From Octopus vulgaris (Eukaryota): a DNA stretch of 64,000 bases. How positions within the stretch are numbered: the first letter of the stretch is position 1; the number at the start of each line of letters is the position of its first letter. The translations under genes were made by a program, and so were the position numbers. The notes beneath the pieces were generated by a model. The model had not been told where the DNA came from. It did not search any database and saw only the letters and a program-made list of their open reading frames with translations. Of this stretch, positions 1 through 12,549 are shown piece by piece. Location of the stretch: positions 82,398,001 to 82,462,000 of the forward strand of contig OX597822.1 of the NCBI GenBank assembly GCA_951406725.2, written 5' to 3'.

Positions 1-136
1 GTGTTAAATGCACGATAAATATTGGACAGACATGAAAAATCACCCCTAACAGCAACTAGAGAAAACACCAAATGCATTTTGGCCTTTTGAGAGCTTTTCA
101 ATGAAGTTTACTCGCAGACAAGAAGTCATCACCATT

Positions 137-360
137 TTAATCCTTTAGCATTCAGATTACTCTGTCAAATGTATTGTTTATTTATTTGCATTGTTTTGAA
201 TTAATCATGTATTATCTCAAAGCTTTGAGATTTCAATGATGTGATTGTTTTATTTTTTGAATAACATTGTAGGGTAGGTGTGAGAGGCAAGACCTGGCCA
301 ATTTAAACCTGAATAGAATATTTGAGCCTGATTTGGCTGGTTTAAATGGTAAAGGGTTAA
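137..360. mobile_element. piggyBac-type MITE (TTAA-flanked)
   Basis: TTAA-tcctttagcatt ... aatggtaaaggg-TTAA: imperfect terminal inverted repeats with TTAA at both ends; no ORF. Confidence 0.7.
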
Positions 361-521
361 TAAGATGTGTCAAAATCTAAGTATGACTCAGCCAATAGTG
401 TTTCCAAGAAGAGGATGGAGTACTAGGGATGCTGTTGAAGTGATAGGGTCTAACCTTGAAATGATGAGAGAAATAACTGTGAAGAACACAGAATGGGGTC
501 AGGGACAGATTCAAAATAATA

Positions 522-684
522 GGCATGGCTATGGGATAAGAGATTTGCTTCCCAATCACATGGTTCCAGGTTCAGTCCCACTGTGTGACATCTTGGTCAG
601 CTTGAGGCTATATTACTTTAGCCTCAAGTTGACCAAAGCCTTGTGAGTGGATTTTGTAGATAGAAACTGAAAGCCCATTGTATA
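522..684 (+). mobile_element. tRNA-derived SINE family A, 5' part
   Basis: ggcatggct...ggttcagtcccactgtgtgacatcttgg...gaccaaagccttgtgagtggattt...gaaactgaaag; the same sequence recurs many times in the window. Confidence 0.85.
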
Positions 685-694
685 TATTTAGTGT

Positions 695-1325
695 CATCGT
701 TATCATCATCATTTAACATCCGTTATCCATGCTGGCATGGGTTTAGATGGTTCGACAAGGGCTGGCAAGCTGGAAGGCTGCACCAGACTCCAGTCTGTTT
801 TGACATGATTTCTATGGCTGGATGCCCTTCCTAACACCAACAACTGTGAGAGAGCAGTGGATGCTTTTATGTTCCACCAGCATGGGTTCCATTTGCGTTA
901 CACTGGTTGGCCATCACTGTGGTTCTACTCAGCTTGATGGGTCTTCTTTTCAAGCACAACATAATGCCAAAGGCCTTCGTCATTGCCTCCATGAGACCCA
1001 ACATTCAAAAAGAGCTTTACCTGTGCCACCAGCATCAGTCACTTTGCATCTGTGAGGCCCAATGCTCAAAAGGTGCTTTTTAGATTCCACTAACACGAGT
1101 GCCTGTTACATGACACCAGCATCAGCCATGCCTACAATTTCACTTGGCTTGACGCGTCTTCTCAAGCACTGCATATCGCCAAAGATCTCAGTCACTAGTC
1201 ATTGCCTCTGTGAGGCCCAAAGTTCGAATATCATGCTTCACCACCTTGTCCCATGTCTTCCTGGGTCTACCTCTACCACAGGTTCACTCCACAGTTAAAG
1301 ATCGGCACTTCTTTACACAGTTGTC
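695..1325 (-). mobile_element. RTE-clade LINE 3' end (ORF C-terminus, 3' UTR, (ATG)n tail)
   Basis: Minus strand 1325-1140 reads DNCVKKCRSLTVE*TCGRGRPRKTWDKVVKHDIRTLGLTEAMTSD*DLWRYAVLEKTRQAK*, with the RTE-typical GRGRPRKTW; the tail appears as catcatcat at about 700-712. Confidence 0.85.
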
Positions 1326-1535
1326 CTTAATGGTCAGCTTAATGGTAGCTTAATGCTTTTTGTCTATGAAATTTACTCATAGGCTTTGGCCAGCTTAATA
1401 GTAGCTTAATGGTCAGCTTAATAGTAGTTTAAAGGTTTTGTCTACAAAATTTACTTATAGGCTTTGATCAGCTTAATTATCAGCTTAATGTGTTTTGTCT
1501 ACAAAATTTACCCACAGGCTTTGGTCAGCTTAATG
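1326..1535. repeat. about 60-bp tandem repeat built from a SINE-A fragment
   Basis: About 3.5 copies of gtctacaaaatttactcataggctttggtcagcttaat plus short cagcttaat subrepeats; the core matches the reverse complement of SINE-A gaccaaagccttgtgagtggatttggtagac. Confidence 0.75.
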
Positions 1536-1599
1536 GCAGCATCTGTTCATTTGTCAGTGTTGATGATGTCCAAGCTTTACACATGGGAGAAAAAGACAG

Positions 1600-2020
1600 G
1601 GCACAGTGAGTTTGGTTGTACCTGACCAGTGTAATGCATGCAATGGTCAAGCATTGGTAGTCTGTTGGGAAAGCAAGGAGTTGGCTATGAACTTGCTTAG
1701 TTTGTGTTTTCTTTGTGTCCCTGCAATCCTGTTCTGTTTGTAGGAGTTAGCACCTCTGTTGGCACAGCTTCACCAGGTGAGACTGTCTTGTACATGTATA
1801 TCCCAGGTGTCAGCACTGATCTCAGAGCTCCTCGGTGAGGCTTTGAGGGCTTCCTTAAAATGTCTTTTCTGTCCACCTTGCATGTGCTTGCTGTCCACCA
1901 GTTCACTGTAAAACAGTCACTCTGGGACACGCATATCAAACATCAAAACCAGGTGGGCTTCTCACCTGACTTGCGCTCTCCTCAAGCAGTGTGTAAATGA
2001 CTGGCAGATTGGCTCAAGAG
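1600..2020 (-). mobile_element. RTE LINE (BovB-like lineage) ORF C-terminal remnant
   Basis: Minus frame LRRAQVR*EAHLVLMFDMRVPE*LFYSELVDSKHMQGGQKRHFKEALKASPRSSEISADTWDIHVQDSLTW*SCANRGANSYKQNRIA resembles the RTE/BovB C-terminus (LRWAGH..RM...R.PK.LFYGEL..G.R..GGQKKRFKD.LK); several stops. Confidence 0.8.
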
Positions 2021-2579
2021 ATGTTATAGGAGCAGACAGTCGGTCAAAGTGTTGCAGAATGGGCTTGAACTCAAAACCACATGACTTGGAAGCAGAATTT
2101 TTCAACCAGCCATGCCTGTGCAGGAATGTGTGTGTGTGTGTATGCATACAATGATTTCAATTATTTAAAATGAGCAGAAGTGATTTAGATAGAGAGTTGA
2201 AGGTTTCCAGGGAAGGAGAGTGGGCAAGAGAGTAAGAGGAAGAGAGGGAGGGAGAGGGAAGCAGGTGAGAGGGAATAAGATGGGAGTAGATAAGGGGGGG
2301 CGGTGACAGGGAAAGAATGTGAGAGGAAGAAAGACTGTTAGGAGAGAGAGAGAGAGAGTAATAAATAGTTATAAAGTAAGATTGTTTGAGAGACATATGG
2401 AAAGAAGATCAGAAGAAGAACAAGGAAGAAGCAGCAAGAAGAAGAAGCAAAGAAAGAAAGGAGAAAAAGAAAAAACACACACCATTAGCTGCAATGTTCA
2501 GGCTAGTTGAAGAATGAGTGGTGTGAAGGTAGAGATGGTGAGGGTGGCGCTGGTGGGATTGGCACTACTGGTGCTTGCG

Positions 2580-2880
2580 GTGGTGGTGGTGGTGATGGTG
2601 GTTGTGATGGTGGTGGTGGTGGTGATGGTGGTTGTGATGGTGGTGGTGGTGGTGGTGGTGGTGGTGGTGGTGGTGGTGGTGGTGGTTTTGGTGGTGGTGG
2701 TGGTGGTGGTGGTGGTGGTTGTGGTGGTGGTGGTGGTGGGGATGGTGGTGGTGGTAATGATGGATGTGTTACAGAATTGTAAACATCATGTATGTGTGGT
2801 GGTGGTGGTGGTGGTGGCGGCAGTGGTGGAAGTGGAAGAGAAAGCCAAGATTTCTCGCCCTCCCACCACCACCACCACCA
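2580..2880. repeat. (GGT)n / (CCA)n trinucleotide microsatellites
   Basis: Long ggt run 2580-2760, then ggt and cca runs; source of the poly-Gly and poly-Val ORFs. Confidence 0.95.
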
Positions 2881-3274
2881 CCTAACACTTGCACTGCCGA
2901 TATCTTCCTTGTCTTTGGGGAGCTAAAAATAGAAGCAGGACAGCTATTTATGGTTCAGTAAGTTCTAGAAGCAAAGCAATCAATCAAAAATATATCTACA
3001 AAAAAAAAAGAACAACAAACAACAATTCATAAACAAAACATAAACTGTTTTCTCTTTTGGCCATCAGCTGACGGTGGTGAAGGTGGTGATGATGATGATG
3101 ATGATAATGATTGTGGTGGCAGTGGTGGGGGGGTGCTGCTGCTGTGGATGATGATGATGGTAGTGGGGATAAAGGAAAAAGAACTGAGGCAAAAGGAAAA
3201 GGGAGAGGGAAAAGACAAGAAGAAGAAGACGAAGAAGAATCGATACATAAGCATGGAAGTTAATATTGTCTTAT

Positions 3275-3275
<1 letters not shown>

Positions 3276-3310
<35 letters not shown>

Positions 3311-3492
3311 ACACACACAGATATATGTACATATATGCAATCATGCATATATATATTTATTTATTTATATATATTATTTATATGTATATATTATTTATAT
3401 ATATATATATGTATGTATGTATGTATGTATATACATACAGATGATGCATATCTATATACACATATATGCTTATTGTTTATATACACACACAT

Positions 3493-3539
<47 letters not shown>

Positions 3540-3688
3540 TTGTATACACACATGTATGTGTGTGTATGGTTTGAAATGTATATCTAAGTAGCAAGTTCTA
3601 ATGAAGGTTATGGTAGAGACTGTTTTGATGCAGGAATAAAAAAAAAAGGAACTCAATGGAAGAGAGAGGGGGAGACAGAGAGACGAAG

Positions 3689-3720
<32 letters not shown>

Positions 3721-4417
3721 GAGAGACAAAGAGAAAGAGTATATAAGACAAACAGGGACTGGAAGAGAGAGACCAAGAAAGATGTGTAAGAGAGAGAGAG
3801 AGAGGGGGATGTAATAGGAGGGAGAGTAAAAGAAGGATTAAAGCATTGTTAATAGAAGAGGGTGAGTAAGAGGAAAAGAGTGTGTAAGAGAGGGGAGGAA
3901 GAGGAGGCGGAGGCAGAGAGAGATTGAAGTGATGTAAAAACTTCCTTGGCAGATGTGGTGTGTAAGGGGTTAAAAGAGAAAGGAAAAAAGGAGGGAAAAA
4001 CAAAGTGAAGGAGAGAATGATCTAGAATTGTGTTAACATAAAATATAGAATTTACAAAGATATGTGCAGTAGAATTGCATTTTTGAATGTGCACTACGCT
4101 GCACCTAGTGCAGTCTTTCTGCTGGCTGTCTGATTGTTGCAATGCCGAGGCTGATTATTGAATGTTTTCACGTTTTGTCTGTGTGTCTTTTAGTATGTAT
4201 GTGTGTGTGTGTGTCTGTATGTAACTCTGTGTGTGTGTGTGTGTAACTGTGTGTGTGTGTAACTGTGTGTGTGTGTGCATATGACAATACACACATGTAT
4301 ATATGTATATTTCTCTGTGTGTGTGTGTGTATGTATGTATGTATATGTATGTATATATATATATATATGTATATGTACATATATATATGTATATGTGTGT
4401 GTGTGCGCATGTATATG

Positions 4418-4448
<31 letters not shown>

Positions 4449-4744
4449 ATCATCATTTAATGTCTGCTTTCCATGCTAGCATGGATTGTGTACACACAGA
4501 TATGCACACAAACATACACACACAAGCATGTGTGTGGGTGGGTGTGGCAATGCATATAGACTAGTACGTATCAATGCCTCAAGGATAGCAAAAACTCAAT
4601 AGATTTGTAGATTAACAATTTTGTTGTGGGTATTGAAAAGTTCAATAAATCAGAGTCACAGGAAATTCTATCCCAGGCAGAAATCCTAAGCATGTGTTTA
4701 TGCATGAGTAAGTGTGTCTATACATACATACATACATACATACA

Positions 4745-4780
<36 letters not shown>

Positions 4781-4863
4781 CATACGTTTGGCAAGGAATC
4801 TTGAAATAAAATTGAACAATGACATACATACATGCATATATGTATTTATATATGTATGTATGC

Positions 4864-4907
<44 letters not shown>

Positions 4908-5010
4908 GTCTGTGTGTGTGCATGTGTATGTATGTATGTATGTATGGATATTCACACATCATCATCACCATCATCATCATCATCACTGTCATCATCATCA
5001 TCATCATCAT
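3276..5010. repeat. compound microsatellite block (CA, TA, TATG, GA, TG, CAT)
   Basis: Directly visible runs; similar blocks recur throughout the window. Confidence 0.9.
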
Positions 5011-5327
5011 TTAGCCACCACTTTTACATATTTGCATGGCTCAGACAAAATTTTCTGTTTCCAAGTGAAGAAGTATTTCTCAATAGCAGGACAAATTTTT
5101 CATGGAAAATTAGAACAGCCTCGCTTATATGAAGGTGAAGCTCGTTTACAGCCATCAAATGATATAAAAAAATGGTGATGATCATACACACACACACACA
5201 CACACATAATTAGGAGAAGGCTTTATACAAGATTTTGAGAGGTTTAAAGTATGAGAAGCAGAGGTAGAAAGAGGTTTCCTATTGTAGAAGAGATACATGA
5301 CTATCCACATTGTGTAAGGTATTAATT

Positions 5328-5547
5328 ATTCTTTTCTACTCTGGGCACAAGGCCCGAAATTTTGGGGGAGGGGCCCAGTTGATTAGATTGACCCCCAGTA
5401 TGTTACTGTTACTTAATTTATCGACCCCCAAAAGGATGAAAGGCAAAGTCGACCTTGGCAGAATTTGAACTTAGAACGTAAAAACAGACAAAATACTACT
5501 AAGCATTTTGCCTGGCGTGCCAATGTTTCTGCCAGCTTGCTGCCTTT
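5328..5547 (-). mobile_element. tRNA-derived SINE family B (Meta-like central domain) with 15-bp TSD
   Basis: Reverse complement contains gtcgactttgcctttcatcctttt...gggtcgataaattaagta; TSD tgtaaggtattaatt at 5313-5327 and 5548-5562. Confidence 0.9.
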
Positions 5548-5650
5548 TGTAAGGTATTAATTGTGTGACAGGAAAAGCGTTTAGGACAAAACAACAGAAA
5601 AAGTAAAAGAGAAAGACAAAATCTAAATATAACTACAGAACATGCTAAAG

Positions 5651-5945
5651 GTGAAGGCACATGGCCTGATGGTTAGGGTGTTGCACCTACAACTGCTGGG
5701 TTGAGGGTCTGATTCCTAGACCAGACTGCATGTTGTGATCTTGAGCAAAACACTTCATTTAATGTTGGTCCAGTCCACCTGGCTGTAAATGGGTGACTCT
5801 GTGACAGACTAACCTTCCTGTCAGGGGGAATGTTGGCATGGTCACCTGGTCAGCAGAGTAGCATTATTTTAAGGTTGAAACAATGTGGAGTGTATTGTGA
5901 TCAGTGAATTATGACAACATCCAGTAGTCTGGCCAATACCTTGAT
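5651..5945 (+). mobile_element. tRNA-derived SINE family C (CORE-like domain)
   Basis: gtgaaggcacatggcctgatggttaggg head, then tcttgagcaaaacacttcattt...ccagtccacctggctgtaaatggg (CORE-like). Confidence 0.75.
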
Positions 5946-6030
5946 ACCAAGATATACTAAAGACAAAATGAAGGGGAAAAATTCCTCCAAATCATATTCC
6001 ATTGTTATAAAGAGTAACACTTATGCTTAA

Positions 6031-6595
6031 TGTAGATTATGGGCCCATAAGAAGTGCAGTGGAATCGCAGGAAGGTTAACAGAGAAAGTAGAATTTGTTT
6101 GTGGCAAATGTGCAGGAGCAATAAATAGTAAGAGCACATGGGAAATAGACATTCTGGAATGCTCAAAAGGTTCCCTAGAAGAGGTAGATCTTTCTGTTAT
6201 CTAGGTGTCCTAATTAGCAGTGGAGGAGGATGTACTGAAAGTATAGTTGCTAGAATAAGGACTGGCTGGAGAAAATTCAGAGACCTCTTTCACAGAGTGA
6301 ACGGCAGATTGTATGATGCCTGTGTATGAATAGCAAAACTATATGGTCATGAAATTTGGGGTTTGAATGCAGAGGGCATGCCCAGACTAGAAAAATATGA
6401 AAGTAGCATGGTTCAATGGATGTGCAGTAGCATTTTGCGTGCATGACAAAGTAAAAGTGTTTCATGAGAAAAATTGTGTGCGAGGCATCAGAGGTGGTAT
6501 TTGGGAAAGAGGATTGTGCTGGTAGGGTCATGTGATGTGGCTGGATGTATAAAGAAATGTCAATCAGTAAGCCTCATGATGATGATGATGATGAA
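6031..6595 (+). mobile_element. RTE LINE reverse-transcriptase fragment with Cys/His finger
   Basis: CRLWAHKKCSGIAGRLTEKVEFVCGKC, then FCYLGVLISSGGGCTESIVARIRTGWRKFRDL and GRLYDACV*IAKLYGHEIWG; frameshifts and stops; ends at an (ATG)n run. Confidence 0.85.
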
Positions 6596-7355
6596 AAAAG
6601 GCCATCATATATATATGTATATGTGTGTGTGTATTAGAAGGTTTGGGGATGATGTACAGGTATTATATATTAGAAAAAATGAGGTACTCAGAAATCCAGA
6701 TGGTTTTATATTTACGGATATTTATTAGTATGTTACATGTTTTTATAAATCATATATCATATATCATATATTAGTGCTTTCATCCACTCTAGTGGAGTTT
6801 TCAAATTGACTAAGTTTTGCAAGCATTTTGACTCTTTTTATAGTATTATTGAGTGTGTAGTGGTAGGGAGAGATACAAGATAGTACAAGAGGCTGATAAA
6901 TGGGGAGAAAGTTAGAGAGAGAGCATATGTGTGTGTATGTGCGTGTGTGTGCATGTGTGTGTGTATATATATATATATAAACAGAAAGATACACACACAC
7001 AAACATAAACAAGCTTCTCTCAGTTTTTGTCTACCAAATACACTCACAAGGCTTTGGTCAACTTGGAGCTATAGCTGAAGACACTTGGTCAAGGTGCCAC
7101 GCAGTGAAATTGAACCTGAGAGCATATGGTTTGGAAGAAAGCTTCTTAGCAACACGACCATGTCTGTGCTAATACACACACACACACACACACACATATA
7201 TACATATTTCTTTACTACCCACAAGGGGCTAAACACAGAGGGAACAAACAAGGACAGCCTTCAGGTTTGTCAGTCCTCAGTCAAACCATCCAACCCATGC
7301 CAGCATGGAAAGCAGATGTTAAACGATGATGATGATGATGATGATGGTGTGTGTG

Positions 7356-7410
<55 letters not shown>

Positions 7411-7575
7411 GCATTGGGCCTCACTTATGAAATTGTGTCTATAAAATCCACTTACAATATTTTCATCAGCCTGGGACTAGAGTAGGAGACAATTGCTCAA
7501 GGTGTCATGAAATGGGACCAAACTGGAACAATATGGCCTTGGAACAAACTTCACAATCACACAACCATAGTAACA

Positions 7576-7729
7576 TTTGTAAAAAGCATGCACTACACTC
7601 TCAGAGTGGTTGGCATTAGGAAGGGCATCCAGCAGTAGAAAGCTTGCCAGATCAGACTGGAACCAGTACAGCCTTCCAAACTGCCCAACCCATGCCAGCA
7701 TTGACAATGGACATTAAATAATGATGATT

Positions 7730-7765
<36 letters not shown>
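7576..7765 (+). mobile_element. non-autonomous element with RTE-type 3' end (family E)
   Basis: aaaagca...cactacactctcagagtggttggcattaggaagggcatccagc...caacccatgccagca...gacattaaa plus (GAT)n tail; shares its 3' end with the RTE at 695-900. Confidence 0.8.
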
Positions 7766-7872
7766 TTATATATAAACACACCAATCTAGTTAAACAGAAT
7801 TTTGCACTTCTAGATATACCGACACACACATAGAGATGTATTACATGACAGACAGATTGGTTGTTATGTATG

Positions 7873-7909
<37 letters not shown>

Positions 7910-8290
7910 ACACACACATACACGTGCGCACACACACATAGCTGGGAGTGTGTGTGTGTGTGTTTATATCTATGCATGTGTATGTGTGTACATTTATCTG
8001 TCAAGTGCGATACTGACAGCAGATGGCATCAAGATAAGTCTGTGTGCACCGCAAGGCAGCTCAGACTTATACTTAGATCTCAATACTGTACAAAACAACA
8101 AAGCACATGTGCAAGTGTAATGATGCACCTTCTCTCCTACATATAATCTTGGCAGAAGACCAAAGTCTCTGTGATACAAGAGAAACATGAAGAGAGAAAT
8201 ATAACGCTTTCTCATGCACCGTATGTCTTATCTGCTGTTAAAGGTTTCTGATATTTTGTAATTTTTGTACATACATAAAGGTACATATAT

Positions 8291-8358
<68 letters not shown>

Positions 8359-8374
8359 GTGTGTGTGTTGTATT

Positions 8375-8690
8375 TAGGTGGGGTCATTCTGTTTTAATGC
8401 CAATTTAATTAACACACACACTGGTTCGATTTCCGCTCCTTTGCTTATTTATTTTTTCTGAAATTTTCGTTGTTTCTTGCAACCTCTTCAATAGTTGTTA
8501 ATTAATAAGGCATTAAAGCAGAATGACTCTCCCCAGACACAATAAAGTATGCTTCAACACACGAATTCACATAAAGAATCTCGCAAACCAAATACAAAAT
8601 TAAATATATACATGAGTCCTGTTTTCCATTTTTTTCTCTTGTTGTTTGCATATTTAACTTGTTTGTTTTCATACTTCATGTTGTTTACAC
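8375..8690. mobile_element. AT-rich element near (TA)n with short inverted repeat and degenerate hammerhead-like motif
   Basis: IR ggggtcattctgttttaatgcc (about 8380-8401) / ggcattaaagcagaatgactc (about 8509-8529); minus strand 8491-8458 reads UUGAAGA-G-GUUGC aagaa ACAAC-GAAA-AUUUC. Confidence 0.45.
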
Positions 8691-8719
8691 AATTGGTGAC
8701 GTCCTGTACCCATATATGC

Positions 8720-8750
<31 letters not shown>

Positions 8751-8771
8751 TACATATATACATGCATAAAC

Positions 8772-8893
8772 TACATGGTTCCTGGTTCAGTCCCACTGTG
8801 TGGCACCTTGGGCAAATGTCTTCTACAATAGCCTTGGGCCGACCAAAGCCTTGTGAGTGGATTTGGTAGATGGAAACTGAAAGAAGCCCATGG

Positions 8894-8952
<59 letters not shown>

Positions 8953-9160
8953 TTGTGTCTGTGTTTGTTGCCCCAACATTGCTTGACAACCGATGCTGGT
9001 GTGTTTACATCCCCATAACTTAGCGATTCAGCAAAAGAGACCGACACAATAAGTACTAGGCTTACAAAAATTAAGCCCTGGGGTCGATTTGTTCGATTAA
9101 AGGCAGTGCTCCAGCATGACCGCAGTCAAATGACTGAAACAAGTAACAGAATAGAATAAA
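8772..9160 (+). mobile_element. SINE family A with internal (TA)n
   Basis: B-box-like ggttcagtccc, body, internal microsatellite, 3' end gcagtcaaatgactgaaacaagtaa. Confidence 0.9.
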
Positions 9161-9167
9161 TATTATA

Positions 9168-9209
<42 letters not shown>

Positions 9210-9509
9210 CATATATATTTATTATATATATATAATTTCTTGCTGTGAAGTCAGGTTTTTTATGACACACATTGTGTCTCCGTGCAGTCCACAAGCTCTG
9301 ATCTGTTTGAAAATCAGGATACTGGTACATGAGAAATTATGAGGAAAAAAACAAGAAGGTTGATGCAAAAAGTGGAAGGATGAATATAAATGGGAAAAGA
9401 AAGAAAATTAGAGTTATGTCCCCTTCGAATGTAGAGGCCATGATTAAATTAGCTGTTGTAGAATAATTCAAGAGAGAGGTTCAAACACAACATAACCCAA
9501 AGCAAACAC

Positions 9510-9556
<47 letters not shown>

Positions 9557-9924
9557 TGATGATAATGATTTCTTTATTAACTTCAAGGGTTTACATTAAG
9601 AAATACATTATGGACAGTACAGAACAAAATAAAGACTGTGTGTGCGTATGTGTGTGTGTGAGTGCATGTTGTGAGGGTTTTGTGTGTAAACAAGACTATC
9701 AAAATTATAAGAGAAACAAATCAACAATGTGTAATCTTCAATAGAGAGGAGACGTTCAAGAGCTGCTCAGTGAAAAACCCCATAAAACCCATGGGGCCCC
9801 TGTCTTTTGGGGCAGGTGCCTTTCTCCTAATTTTTTTTCCAACTACAGGCGTATGCTAGGAGCAGGTCCCATTCACTCACATTTACAACAACAATAATAA
9901 TGATGATAATAATGATAATGATAA

Positions 9925-10162
9925 GTGTTTCTAATTTTGGCACAAGGCCTGCAATTCTAGAGGGTGAGAGGTTAGTCTCTGACATCAATCTTAGTACTGG
10001 ACATGTACTTTAATTCTTTGACTTCTGAAGAATGGAAGCAAATATCCAACCTCAAAGATATTTAAACTGAGAATGTTAAGAGCCAGAGGGAAAACTGCAA
10101 AGCACTTTCTCTGACATGATAACAATTCAGCCAGCTCACTACCTTTCTACTACTACTACTAC

Positions 10163-10214
<52 letters not shown>

Positions 10215-10493
10215 TAATTCTCGTTTATTGGCCACAAGGGCTAACAAAAATCAGATAAAACATATAGGGACAAAATACAGGATGAATAATTATAACAAGG
10301 CCTGAAATTTGAGGGGAGGGGGCTAGTCAATTACATTGACTCCAGTATACCACTGGTACTTACTTTATCAACTCCAAATGGATGAAATGTCAAGTTGACC
10401 CTGGTGGAATTTGAATCCAAAACACAAAGACGAACGAAATGCCATGTAGCATTTTTACCAGGCATGCTCACAGTTCTGCCAGTTTGCCACCTC

Positions 10494-10546
<53 letters not shown>

Positions 10547-10762
10547 TAATCCTTTCTACCAAAGGCACAAGGCCTGAAATTTGGCAGGGAGGAGACTTGT
10601 CGATTACATCGACCCCAGTGTTTCACTGGTACTTAATTTATTGACCCCGAAAGGATGAAAGGTAAAGTTGACCATGGCAGAATTTGAACTTAGAATGTAG
10701 CAACGGGCATAATACCACTAAGCATTTCGTCCATCGTACTAGCGAGTCTGCCAGCTCACCAC
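9925..10762 (-). mobile_element. three co-oriented SINE-B copies separated by (AAT)n
   Basis: Copies at about 9925-10145, 10290-10492 and 10545-10762, each with ggatgaaagg/tcaag..gacc..gaatttgaac-type motifs. Confidence 0.8.
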
Positions 10763-10766
10763 TTTG

Positions 10767-10930
10767 AACGACGACGACGACGACAGCGACGGTGACGACG
10801 ACAGCGACGGTGACGACGACAGCGACGGTGACGACGACAGCGACGGTGACGACGACAGCGACGATGACGACAACAGCGACGGTGACAATGATGACGACAG
10901 CGACGGTGACGATGACAACGACGACGATGA
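10767..10930. repeat. 18-bp CpG-rich minisatellite (GACGACGACAGCGACGGT)n
   Basis: About 8-9 units visible; produces the DDDSDG ORF. Confidence 0.9.
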
Positions 10931-11135
10931 CCAGGAAAGTATTAGATAGCTGAAAAGAATGGATAGCATGGTACCGTAGGTAGTAGGTAGTAAGCCCGCT
11001 ATGTATGCAAGACTCCAGGAGCTCCAACAAAACCTGTGATAAAGAGAAATAATAATATTAATAATAATAATAATAATAATGATGATGATTATGATGATAA
11101 TAATGGTTTCTAACAAAAGATAATGTATGTATCTG

Positions 11136-11528
11136 GAAAATTCGCTTTATATATTTTTGCTGTGGGAAAATTTGCCTCAAGAAATTGCAAAAAATTTCAG
11201 CAAATTGGAAAATTTGCTGTAAGACAAATTTGCCAAATGGACAATGGTAAAGAATGTTACATCAGCTTTTTTTAAAATAGAAAAAGAAAAGAAGAATGAA
11301 AGGTTTTGTAAAAGCATTAGATAAGCAAGTCTTTATTCAACGTCAAACATTAAGAAAACGTTATGAGCTCATTTAAAACATATGAAAGTTGCCATTTTAA
11401 GAAAACAGTTAATCTTTCTAGATGTTTGCAATTTATTCATTTATTTATTTCTTATCGTGAATTTTTCCTACGGCGAAATTTCTTTCAGCGAATTTTCCTA
11501 TGGCAAAAATATTTCCAGCGAAATTTCC
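11136..11528. mobile_element. MITE-like element with inverted arrays of subterminal repeats
   Basis: Left end repeats ggaaaatt(c/t)gc; right end repeats the complement gcgaa(a)tttt(c)c; no ORF; superfamily unassigned. Confidence 0.55.
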
Positions 11529-12416
11529 TCTAACTGATAATGTAGGCCGATAGACATTAGAAGAAATTGAAAATGCGAGAGTGGACTGCGTTTGATCATA
11601 GGTTTGCTTGATCAAAGCTAACCTGAGACTAAACAACAACAAAACGACTGAATGTGTGGGAATATAATACTAAATATATACCATAGCTTATCTCAACTCC
11701 ATCTTATCAGCTTTTCAATATACAAAGCTCTGTGTATTTCCCTATGACCCATTTCTTCCAAATACAGTTTTATTAATACTTTATCTTTTGAAAAGAGATT
11801 ATGCTTAGCCCTGTGTTTTCTGCTCTACAGTACTTGAAAGCAACTAAGAGGAGCGGGATGGCTGGAGTAGTTGGTAGTGGGGTGGAGGCAGGTAAAGAAC
11901 TTTGGTTACGGCTGCCTGAAAGAGAAGAATGTGCTAGAAGAGAACAAAAACAACACCAAAGTTCAATGTGTAATTGCATGATTCCAGGTATAATCCCATT
12001 GTGTGGCACCAAAGAAAATTGTGTTCTAAAATAGCTTTGAGTTCATCGAAGACTTGCAATTGAAATTTAGCGAAAAGAAACTGTGCTGAAGCTGATTTGA
12101 TATATATGTGTAGATACATAGATGCATGCATGGCTGTGTAGTTCAGAAGTTTGGTTCCTGATCATGTGATGTTGGGTTCAGTCCTAATGCAAGGCAACCT
12201 TGGGCAAGTATCTCTACTATAGCCCTAGGCCAACCAAAACATTGTGAGTGGATTTAGTAGACAGAAAGTGAAAAAAGCCCTTCATATATATATCTGTGTG
12301 TGTGTGTGTGTGTGTGATATGGAAAAATCAACAACTAACAGCTGTTATCATTGCACAGAAACAATTGTTGTGATTAGTGATCAAAGCCTCTTCATTCCAT
12401 TTCCTTGCTTCTATAA

Positions 12417-12455
<39 letters not shown>

Positions 12456-12549
12456 TATATATATATGAATGCATCATGCTGTGCTTGATGAGACCTATTG
12501 AGTCAAGTACATCAACATCAAGATCAAATGGAAATTGTAGTTGCAATCC

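Noticed and set aside
2507-2961. Poly-Gly, poly-Val and poly-Trp ORFs
   Set aside because: Translations of a (GGT)n microsatellite; no domain or splice support.
6770-6808. Hammerhead-like UUGAAAA-stem-GAAAGCACUA on minus
   Set aside because: A stem (UCCACU/AGUGGA) is present but the core has two mismatches and stem III is unclear; too decayed to call.
11831-11891. Possible 61-nt exon (ctctacag|...gcag|gtaaag)
   Set aside because: Splice signals are plausible, but there is no recognisable peptide or partner exon, and such pairs occur by chance in 64 kb.
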